A stretch of DNA of 63,839 nt, filler included, from Collodictyon triciliatum (Eukaryota), in assembly GCA_043381765.1 (NCBI GenBank). It is 9 parts of 9 records of this genome, joined end to end, with 100 filler letters (N's around TTAATTAATTAA, not from the genome) between each part and the next. Parts side by side here need not be neighbours in the genome. Positions count along the whole stretch, not along the records: positions 10,377 to 20,650 come from JBHJMP010002733.1; positions 20,751 to 31,023 come from JBHJMP010002734.1; positions 31,124 to 37,749 come from JBHJMP010002735.1; 6 more parts are not named here. The stretch is one strand, 5' to 3'. The notes below the pieces were generated by a model. It worked only from the letters and a program-made list of their open reading frames with translations, was not told the origin of the DNA and did not search any database. Position numbers and translations under genes: made by a program. This document shows positions 20,351-31,391 of the stretch, in pieces. Numbering within the stretch: position 1 is the stretch's first letter; each line of letters starts with the position of its first letter.

Positions 20351-22045
20351 AGGCAGATGCAGCGGAACCAGGGATTGCGGTGGTGGCCTTTGGTTGTCGC
20401 ACAGGGCAATCTTAGTCCCAAGAGATGGAAGAAAGGAGGTTGTCTTTTTCATAGGTTATGTGTGATGGGATGCATTAACGGTTTCAGTTATGAATAACAA
20501 TATCGACTCAATGCGCGGCCTACCATGTATGTTACCATGCTTATCGGGGAATGAATATCGCCCTTCGCTTATTCAGCGCTGCTTATTCTGTTTTTTTTTT
20601 AAAAAAAAAAAATAATTTTTTTTGTTTCGTTGTGTCTCGTTTTGTTTTGTNNNNNNNNNNNNNNNNNNNNNNNNNNNNNNNNNNNNNNNNNNNNTTAATT
20701 AATTAANNNNNNNNNNNNNNNNNNNNNNNNNNNNNNNNNNNNNNNNNNNNCCCACAGCATATCCAACCCCTGCTACCCACGCAACCAATCAACCAGTTGG
20801 GTCGCCCACCTGACCAACTCGCTATCACTGACTTCTTTCCAGTGCTACCCTCTCCATGGTAATGTCTTCTCCTACTCGCGTTTGCTCTCCACCATGCGCA
20901 CCTATCTCGCCCACTGTATGGCATAACCTCGCTGCACTTTGAATCGAATAAAGGAAAAAAATTAAATGTATTATGGAAAATCATAACTTCTCTTAAATCG
21001 CCCGCTTGGTGCGCACATCAGACTGGTGGAAATCAGGTGAAGCCACCGCCTAACCAATCAGCTATCCTGTTGTTATTCGATGATGTAATCCCTGGCAAAC
21101 TCCTCTATCGATTCGTGCCTACCCTCTGCCACACTTTCTTCCCTTGCTCCATGGTTAGATAGTTTTTGAATCATTAAAATCGAATACAAGGAAGAACACT
21201 TGTAGTTATCAATATACCATACAATAGAGTTCCCTTGAAACTATATCAAAAAGAATATTGGACAGAGATAATATTAACAAAAAATTTTAGGATTAACATA
21301 CAGACGCATTAATGAACGTATTTGAAGCAAAGAGAAGTAATTTCCAGATTCATTGGATAGATTGCCAAAGTTGTCCATTGAAAAAAATCCCCCACGGCCA
21401 AAGGCGACACAGGTAGTCAACCACCCGGCAACAAAAAATAGTTGTAGCGCGGCGAGACAAAAAGAGAGGATATGAATCAGAGACAACTTTTGCACAAGTT
21501 TGCACGCGGTAGTGAATCGGCTGTGGTTTGTTGAGGATAAGAATACTCGCTGGCTTGGTTACGATCTTACCTCATTCACGAGCAGTATTGCTTTCTCAAC
21601 ATTCAGGTCGTTCACTTTCATGCTTCGGTCCTTCAAAAAGAAAAAAAGAAAAAAAGAAAANNNNNNNNNNNNNNNNNNNNNNNNNNNNNNNNNNNNNNNN
21701 NNNNNNNNNNNNNNNNNNNNNNNNNNNNNNNNNNNNNNNNNNNNNNNNNNNNNNNNNNNNNNNNNNNNNNNNNNNNNNNNNNNNNNNNNNNNNNNNNNNN
21801 NNNNNNNNNNNNNNNNNNNNNNNNNNNNNNNNNNNNNNNNNNNNNNNNNNNNNNNNNNNNNNNNNNNNNNNNNNNNNNNNNNNNNNNNNNNNNNNNNNNN
21901 NNNNNNNNNNNNNNNNNNNNNNNNNNNNNNNNNNNNNNNNNNNNNNNNNNNNNNNNNNNNNNNNNNNNNNNNNNNNNNNNNNNNNNNNNNNNNNNNNNNN
22001 NNNNNNNNNNNNNNNNNNNAAAAAAAGAAAAAAAAGAAAAAAAAG

Positions 22046-22120
<75 letters not shown>

Positions 22121-22123
22121 AAG

Positions 22124-22185
<62 letters not shown>

Positions 22186-22991
22186 AAAAAAAAAANNNNN
22201 NNNNNNNNNNNNNNNNNNNNNNNNNNNNNNNNNNNNNNNNNNNNNNNNNNNNNNNNNNNNNNNNNNNNNNNNNNNNNNNNNNNNNNNNNNNNNNNNNNNN
22301 NNNNNNNNNNNNNNNNNNNNNNNNNNNNNNNNNNNNNNNNNNNNNNNNNNNNNNNNNNNNNNNNNNNNNNNNNNNNNNNNNNNNNNNNNNNNNNNNNNNN
22401 NNNNNNNNNNNNNNNNNNNNNNNNNNNNNNNNNNNNNNNNNNNNNNNNNNNNNNNNNNNNNNNNNNNNNNNNNNNNNNNNNNNNNNNNNNNNNNNNNNNN
22501 NNNNNNNNNNNNNNNNNNNNNNNNNNNNNNNNNNNNNNNNNNNNNNNNNNNNNNNNNNNNNNNNNNNNNNNNNNNNNNNNNNNNNNNNNNNNNNNNNNNN
22601 NNNNNNNNNNNNNNNNNNNNNNNNNNNNNNNNNNNNNNNNNNNNNNNNNNNNNNNNNNNNNNNNNNNNNNNNNNNNNNNNNNNNNNNNNNNNNNNNNNNN
22701 NNNNNNNNNNNNNNNNNNNNNNNNNNNNNNNNNNNNNNNNNNNNNNNNNNNNNNNNNNNNNNNNNNNNNNNNNNNNNNNNNNNNNNNNNNNNNNNNNNNN
22801 NNNNNNNNNNNNNNNNNNNNNNNNNNNNNNNNNNNNNNNNNNNNNNNNGAAGAGAAGCGAAAAAAGCAGCCTTATTTTAAACGCACACCGTTATTCTAAT
22901 AGAGGAAATAAAAAGAAAGGTACCAGAAGAAAGGATTCTAAAGATACCTCTTTACACATTTTAACAGACTTTCCGCAGGTGGTTGACGCAA

Positions 22992-25900
22992 ATGCGACAT
23001 AGCGAGGCGCAAAACATTAGTGAAATAAAGCTCGAGCGCGAGGGCCTTCATTCTCTTCCATCGTTTATTTCGCAGCTGACACATATTGAAGTCCTTTGGC
23101 TACCTTACAACCAACTTCAAACGATCAATGGACCCATCATTGCACGACTTGAAGAACTCATCGAGTTTAACATACAGAGTAACCAGATCCGCTTTCTTCC
23201 ATACGAAATGTCTGCATTGACGAATCTACAAAGAATTTTCTTGCATTCTAACTACATTTCCGGCCTGGACACAGTTAATTGGAAATATTTGACACGTCTC
23301 AAAGTGATTACGCTTAACCGCAATAACATATCTTCAATACCGGTCGAATTTTCTTGCTTAATGCATCTTCAATCCCTTCACCTATCAGACAATATGCTAT
23401 CATATCTTTCAGACAGTTTCAGTTCGTTGACGTGCCTTCAAACTTTGGACATTCAACGAAATCAGTTCCATAATATACCTTCGTGTCTTTACAGTATGTC
23501 AATTTTATCGCAGGCTCCTCTAGATGGAAATTACATCGGACACGATCAAGTTGAAATATGGAAGCTGATACTATTACAGCGTTCGATGTCAGAGCATATC
23601 CACGCAAATATGAAATCAGCTGCAAGTCAGATGAATCCTAGTTGTCTTCACTTGAATCTAAGTGGGAAGCAATCAACCTTTCTTCACCAAAGCCTAACAT
23701 ACGTAACAAAATTAATACAACTTCACGCATATGATAATACTTTGGGACCAGATGTCCCAGATACAATTTTAGCTCTCTCAGAACTTAGAGTCTTAAGACT
23801 TCACAATAATTCCATATGCTACTTACCTAAGCAGTTTCTTCAGATATTTCCACACCTATGCGAGCTAACTCTTCATGGAAACCAGCTCTCTCAGTTACCT
23901 GAAATCGAAGTCGGAATATGCACTCATCCTTTGTCTTACGTAACGCTAGATAGCAACAGATTTACAACTGTTCCATCCAGGTTTCTTTATTCACTCTCCA
24001 AACTAACATATCTAACCCTACATGGAAATGCAGGTATATCTCAAGGCGATGATGCTCTATGGCAAGCATACATTACTGAATCACAAAGCTGGGACTTACG
24101 CTCAATGGAAATGACAGTTCTACCGGAATCCTTCTTTGAAATGATCTCTTGGTATAGAAAGTCACGCAGAATTGATAATTTATTTGAGCTATCATTAGAG
24201 GGCAACAAATTGGACGGTGTTCCGTTTATGTCTTGTCTGAATCGATTCTTGCCATCGCTACAATATTTAACCCATTTGAATTTAAACGGGAATTCTATTG
24301 GAGGGTTACCGAGCTCCATATCGTGTTGTTCCTTTCTTGACACACTGAATGGTTCAAATATCGGACTGTCAACCTTCCCAGGGGTTCTTGTCACCCTATC
24401 CCGCTTGACAAAACTTATACTGAGCAAGAATGAGATATCTATAATACCTGAATGGGTCATAAATATGAATCAATTGCAGTATTTAGACCTCGTTGAAAAT
24501 CACATAACGCACATACCCGATTTTATTGGAAATCTCCTCCATTTGTCCGAAATGAAAATGGAGGCGAATATTTGCGATGGACTCAAACCCCAAGATTTAG
24601 TGTACAGCCTGCGAGCTAATTGGCATTCAAAATGTACATGGACACGTTCTCGAATAGTAATTGTGGGAGAACCATCCTGTGGGAAAACTAAGTTTATTCG
24701 TGGCCTTTCAAATTATTCACCTTCATATATGGATTTTTTTGATTGTGGAGTGACTCATGAAGAAGATTCTCTTCCCAAATCGTACATGGAGTGTTCTATT
24801 AGACCAGTTTCAAATTCTGTGCATTCAAATTTGCATAATTTTGGGCAAATACACGCAAATGGATTGCTACTGGAGCCAGATTTGCCCTCTCAACTTCCTT
24901 TACATTTTCAGTTCTGGGAGTTCTCTGGTTATAGAAATACATCACCTTTCAGCCAATTTGTATTTCATCAAGGATGCATCACGATGGTTATTTACAATCC
25001 AATAATAGGCTTCAAGAAGAATGGGCTGGCTCATTGGTTGACAGAAATAAGCTCAACAACACCTGGAGCACATATTATCCTTGTATCGACCCACCACAAC
25101 GAATTCAAGCTGCTTGATGAGAAACTCCAGATGGAATTTTTTCGAGACCTTCGAGCGATTACTGACTCATTCAGAGAATACGTAAAAATAATAGGAAACG
25201 TATTTGTTGACATAGAAAACATAGGGCCATATTTTAGTTCTATAAGAGAATATATCCTTAAGGCCACAGATATTTTGCCATTTATTCAATGTCAAATACC
25301 TCTTCCTTATTTAAAAATGGCGGCGCACATATTACGTCAACAAAGTAAAAAAATTGCAGCACTTTATTCGTTGGATGAGTTTGTTAAAATGTTTGAAAAG
25401 GAAGGTAGTATTGCTCAGCCGAATCACCATTACTCAGTGGAGAATAAAAATGAATCAGAAGAAAGGGAAGAGAAAGTAGACTCGAATCCTATTACATCTC
25501 TATGCTCAAGCGAAAGCACTAAACCTGCAGTCACAACCGTAAACGAGCTGTTATTTTTCCTTTCTCAGCATGGATTAGTAATATGGGACTCAAAATCTAG
25601 CAATCGGGATTTCGTCATCACAAACCCCCCTTGGTTCCTGAGAGCAATATTCTCTACACTGGAATTTATCGATGCAAAGTCTCCAGAACTTCGATGCCTC
25701 CCAACAAAACAAATAATAGAACACATCGACTCGGAATCACCGACCTCAAGCAAAACACTTCTGAAAATATTACATAACGCAGGGGTATCGTTCTCAAGTC
25801 CATCAGGGTTTGAAGTATTACCGATGACACTCCCGTTTGGTCTCCCACCTGTATTCAAATGGAGTGTCCGTATACCCGATGATTGTGTTTCATATGCTAC

Positions 25901-28900
25901 ATGTATACTCAAATGCAATCGTATTCCCACCAGTTTGTTCCCTAGGCTAACAGCTCTTCTTTATCGTAATGTTATTCAAAAGCATTTTGATCAAAGATTA
26001 TCGTGGAGTTTTTGTAGTGCGACTCATTTTGTCTTTGATTTTCCCATGGAAGAGCAAACAGACCGTTCAGAAGACCATGAATCGAACATGGACATGGATG
26101 CCTACTTTGACATAGAATTGGACAGCGATAGCGGAGTGAAACTAGAACAGAATGAGCCGAATGAACCAAAAATGCACGATGAAAAAAAATTCTTCTCGCT
26201 CGGAAAAAAAAGCTCCAAGTCAAACATCAGCGACACTAATCTGAAACTAATGGGGGATTCAAAGGATTTGAATGATGTAGCCAAAAATTCTTCGAAAGTG
26301 AAGACAAATACAAGCGGTTATAAAGCTAATTCAAACAGGGCACAAGGTGTCGCCAAGGGCATACCAAATTCTACCCAGTATATTATATATAAGAAAATAT
26401 CCGTCTGTATAGAGTATTTTAGTGGAGAATCAAACATAGTGATTCACGCAAGAAGTAGTTTTCCAGAGCACTCTGTATGGAAAGCCATTAATCACCTGCT
26501 TTTGGAATTTAAAAAACTTTTTGAATCATACCCAGGATTAACATGTGAAAAGCTTGTGGCCTGCCCGGTTTGCGTCCTACACCAGATGCCCACTGAGTTC
26601 ATCGGAGTTCGTCCGTTAGAATCAGGACCAGGACCTGAATCCGTCATTCATTGTGGGAACAACCATATTCTGACTTTTCACGAGTGGATGACAGGGAACA
26701 TCTCCCGCGGCCATGCAATCACAAAGATGATTACAGATATGCCTGTATTATATGACATAGAGGTGGACAAAAAATCGTCATCATCGCGATGTCATTTTCG
26801 CATTATGTGCGATAATCCAATATCACCACATATAGTACTAACACATCCTGGATACATTCTTCCTCGTTTGCCTGTTCTTCTTTGGAGGCATGGTCTCTGG
26901 GTAAACCGAATCACAAAATCCAACTTTTTGATGGAATTAGCGCGTCTCCGGGCTGGACTTTCGTCATCAGATGGACTTAGCGACCACCCATATCAAATAA
27001 CATATACGCCACACCCAAGCGTACAAAAGGGGGTTGTCAAAGAAGAGCAAGCAAAATCAAGCAAGAAGGCTACGATTGTAAAGTCAAAATCTGCATCTCG
27101 CCTTCAATCAATTTCAGAATCCAGCAATCGTGCCCGTTCCCAATCATTAAATGACAGGGTAACAAACCCAGTGCAACGGACATTGGGTGTATCCACCTCT
27201 CCACCAGTTAGCGTCCCCTCCCGCGCTGTGTCGATTGTTCCTTCCGCAACATCGACGACCCAAGATGCTTACAGCCCACGTTTGCTGGCGGACCAAAAGA
27301 AACGTCAAGTGCAGTCCCAGCAAAGCAGAAGCCCCCCAGCACCACTCGGGATGAGTGTGGGAAAAACGACTATCGGGAGAAGGAGCGACCCACAGGAAGG
27401 AAACATCGTTGTCAAATCGTACTTTGATATCATCACAGGGGGATTGCCTGACAGTACTCCTCATTTCACAATAGAAAATCTACCAGTGCCTGAGTGGAGT
27501 CCGGAGCACCAGCCGGTTTGCGACTCTGCACACAATCCAGAACATGATGCCTCAGTCTCATATACACGCAGCATGCGTTCAGAGCCCGCCGCAGCAACAC
27601 ATCCAACCAATGGCCTTGCATCTTTTAATTATGCACAGATTCCTGCACAATCACAACATTCTGACGGGACATCTAAATCACAACACACGAGTCCAAATTC
27701 AGCGAGATTCAGCACAAAGTCACCGCCAATAATAACGAGGAGCTTGTCGCAAAGTATGCACCGTTCAGGGTCGTTTCCAAATGCACTTTATGCGGCAGCT
27801 GAGCCAGCCAAATCGAACAGCGACCCAATAGGACTTAAAAAATACGAAGATGCCTCCAGAGCACGCCTCGTTTCGAATCTGTCACCGACACTGGCTCGGG
27901 AGTTACATAGTCCAGACCCTTTTGCGGGAGCCGAGGTGTCATACCAGGGCGAGTATCTCGCAGCGTCTGCGCTCTATCTCTCAAAGAACTGGTACAATGA
28001 CGACTTCATACCAGAGTCCATTCAACACACTCCATGGAACCAAGAAAGGAGAGGCGAAGACTTGCAAGGAAATCATGAACCGATTGCAAGTCAGGCCCCA
28101 TCACCTTCTCTGGCCGACCCAGGGTACACATCAGAGCGAACAGAAACCTACCGCTACGCAGTCCAACTCGTAAATCGGGTGCGCTACGAAGTCCCAGACC
28201 CAAGTCCGCTGTGCTCGATGGAGCTGCGGATGAAAGAGCTGGACCCGGACAATACATGGGCAGGATGCCTTTTTCTAACACGCTTGCCCAATGAACAAAC
28301 ACGGTGGCTGTGCAAGGACTGCCATCAGCACTTCCGCTCCCGCATTTCACTGCAGGGTCTCTGTGCCGTGGCTTCGGGAAAAAGTGGGGTGGTCTTCATG
28401 CAGGACATAGAGCCCTCCGGAATTACTTGGAATAAAGTGTTTATCCACGTAGATTATGCACGGAGAAGCTTTTCTGTGTATCCAGACATCGCTCGTCCAC
28501 TGCGGGCATGGATCGACCTGAGCAACAACTTTGTGGTATGCTAACTGTTAAACATTATTCGTGTTATTTACTTATTTATTATGGCACGGAACAAAAAAGT
28601 TAAATAAGTCTGGTATGGAGAAAAACAAAAAACAAAAAACAAAAAACAAAAAACAAAAAACAAAAAACAAAAAACAAAAAACAAAAAACAAAAAACAAAA
28701 AACAAAAAACAAAAAACAAAAACAAACAAAACAAAACAAAAACAAAGTTAAGCATAATGCCTCTTCATTCCTTTTTTTTCTGCGGCCCACCTCTCCAAGA
28801 TTAAGAAATGGGCGACTGACCAACGGACCTACGGCTTTATAATACAAGGACAAACACACTTATGGAATTTCAGGGTAAAGAATACACTGTCAGGCCATAT

Positions 28901-29102
28901 TCAGGAAACACACATCTCCATCTTGCATCAGATGCTTTTGATTTCCTCTGCGACGGGCGGGGAGTGGATGCTCATTTTCCTGACCAATCTATCTCAAATA
29001 ACGCAGGTAATCACAAAACCAGAGCTGGAATCATGGGTTTTCATTCTGGAGGACATCAAAAAGCGAATGGACACACCCGGGATATTTCGAATAGTCTCAT
29101 AA
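22992..29102 (+). CDS. Roco protein: LRR - Roc - COR - Cys/His motif with low-complexity insert - PH domain
   Basis: Exons 22992-28535, 28800-28874, 29007-29102; upstream exons are possible via the acceptor at 22978. LxxLxLxxNxI repeats, P-loop GEPSCGKT, COR motifs IPLPY, LLFFLSQHGLV, ITNPPWF and IPTSLFPRL. PH motifs WNKVF, FSVY, WIDL, YGFII and ELESWVFIL. Confidence 0.85.
28620..28746. repeat. (AAAAAAC)n repeat in Roco intron
   Basis: Direct tandem heptamer. Confidence 0.95.
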
Positions 29103-29504
29103 CAAAAGGAACTCGCTAGTTAGACAACAAGCCGGAAAATTATCAGTCAGATAGTAAAGGATTAGGGCACCAAACAAATTTTTTTATTACACATATCATT
29201 ATCATTTAAAATAATACCATGCTAGCTACGACTGTAGCAACTTATATTCACACTCTACTAAACAAGTACCTTCGATGATATAAAGCTGGGCGTATCCCCT
29301 ATATTATACATCCTTAGCTCTGTTGTGCATGTGTGTGTTTATTTCAAACTAAGGGCAGGCGCGGAGAATAATATACGGTGATGAGAAACACCCTTCCTGG
29401 ATGCTTGAGACGTGTGTCTTGGTAAAAGGAAATCCATTCGATATCCTTGATAGGCCATAGCGTCTGGAATGTCTGGTTGGTATTCTTGGGATGAGGGTAT
29501 TTAT

Positions 29505-29602
29505 TTGTTTGTTTGTTTGTTTGTTTGTTTGTTTGTTTGTTTGTTTGTTTGTTTGTTTGTTTGTTTGTTTGTTTGTTTGTTTGTTTGTTTGTTTGTTTGT
29601 TT
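29505..29602. repeat. (TTTG)n microsatellite downstream of Tup1
   Basis: Direct tandem tetramer. Confidence 0.95.
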
Positions 29603-29662
29603 GAACCACATACGAGAGCCTCGATGTTGAGTCGAGTCGGACAGGCCAAGGGCAGGCGATTG

Positions 29663-30927
29663 TTATGCACCCCCATACTTCCATATCCTCGTCCGGAAAT
29701 CGCCACTGCCACTGGCAAACACACCCCGAGCAGGATTCACGGCGACGCTGATGACCGAGTTTTTGTGCCCGTGCAGCTGTGTCGTCCAGTCAGCTGTACG
29801 GAGGTCCCAGAATCGAATACTTCGGTCTTTTGAGCCGGAGAGAAGCCTGTTCCCATCCGGCAGGAAAGACACAGACAGAACGAAGTCCTGTTGCCAAAGC
29901 TTATAAAAAACAATACCAAGAACAATACCAAGAACAAAACCAAGAACAAAACCAAGAACAAAACCAAGAACAAAACCAAGAACAAAACCAAGAACAAAAC
30001 CAAGAACAAAACCTTGTGGCCTATCGTCGCTTTACTTCCTGAATCAAATGCAGATGTTCCCAGAGTGATTGAAGCCCTACCCCTCTGTGAATGTGACCCA
30101 TGCAAATCCCAAATCTTGACAGTGGTGTCCAACGACCCAGACGCAATTCTAGAGCCTGCAGCCGATGAGAGATAGGAAGGTTGAGACATACATAGTTTAT
30201 TTGATGGCATTTCTGAAAGGAGGAACGCACCATCAGGGGAGAAGACTACAGAATATACAGAGTCATCGTGCCCTTCCAATCTTTCCTTCAACGCTCCTGT
30301 TTGTAAGTCCCATATGCGCACAACCCTATCAAGCGAACCCTGCCATTTACAATTATTTCGTTACAAAGCTGTACATCCACCGTTAATTTTTATTTCATGA
30401 TAAAATAAATAAAATAGTGAATATATGTTTATCACTATTACGATTACTTATTATTTTTTTTTTTTTTTTGGAAAATCCTGTCGCTTTTGTTTTGGGTATC
30501 ATGATACATTTCAAGAACCGTCTAGATTGATACTCACACAGGCAACAAGTCTGCCATCAGGGCTGATCGACACAGAAGTAACACCATCTTTCGGTCCAAC
30601 TTCCTCGTTGTGAAGCGTGTATAAGAGCTACGATTTAATACCCAATAGCTTTAGTATTATCCCAGCATCTTACTTTCGTGTTTTTTTCTTTTTTTTAAAA
30701 AAATTCCTCAAATAAAAACACACAATATAAAAGGATGCAAATTATGCGGAATGACCAAAATGGTACAGGAAACATACTTCACCCCTATCTAAGTTCCACA
30801 CTTTAGTTTTCCTATCACCACTTCCCGACACAATAATCCGACCATCTGACGAAAAGTCTAGCGAGTAGATGTCCAGTTCGTGGCCACTGAATACATGTTT
30901 TGTCTTACGGCGCAATATGTCCCAAAC
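29663..30927 (-). CDS. TUP1: Tup1-like WD40 transcriptional co-repressor, C-terminal part
   Basis: [94 protein letters not shown] and [15 protein letters not shown] closely follow fungal Tup1. The 5' part is lost at a gap. Confidence 0.92.
29910..30012. repeat. (CAAGAACAAAAC)n 12-mer repeat filling a Tup1 intron
   Basis: Direct tandem dodecamer starting immediately at the donor. Confidence 0.95.
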
Positions 30928-31123
30928 CTAGATAAACAAATCTTTCTGAAAAAGAAAAAAGAAAAAAGAAAAAAGAAAAAAGAAAAAAGAAAAAAGAAAA
31001 AAGAAAAAAGAAAAAAGAAAAAANNNNNNNNNNNNNNNNNNNNNNNNNNNNNNNNNNNNNNNNNNNNTTAATTAATTAANNNNNNNNNNNNNNNNNNNNN
31101 NNNNNNNNNNNNNNNNNNNNNNN

Positions 31124-31345
31124 ATAAAACACAATAAAACACAATAAAACACAATAAAACACAATAAAACACAATAAAACACAATAAAACACAATAAAAC
31201 ACAATAAAACACAATAAAACACCACAAAACAAAAATAAAAACAAAACACTACAAAACACCACAAAACACAACAAAAACAAAAACAAAAACAAAAAAACAA
31301 AAACAAAAACAAAAACAAAAACAAAAACAAAAACAAAAACAAAAA
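31124..31345. repeat. (ACAATAAAAC)n and (AAAAAC)n repeats
   Basis: Direct tandem repeats after a spacer. Confidence 0.9.
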
Positions 31346-31391
31346 TTGTTAGAATAGAAGCATATATACACATTACAAGCACAAAAAATAG

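Noticed and set aside
20937-20954. 18-nt exact match ctttgaatcgaataaagg also at 59241-59258
   Set aside because: The flanks do not extend the match, and one such hit is plausible by chance in 64 kb of AT-rich DNA; a genome-wide count would settle it
21500-23002. Long ORFs spanning N runs and poly-A (also 7195-8199)
   Set aside because: Open only because N and A tracts contain no stops
29910-30012. Tandem arrays as CRISPR-like loci
   Set aside because: No unique spacers, eukaryotic intronic context, and no cas genes
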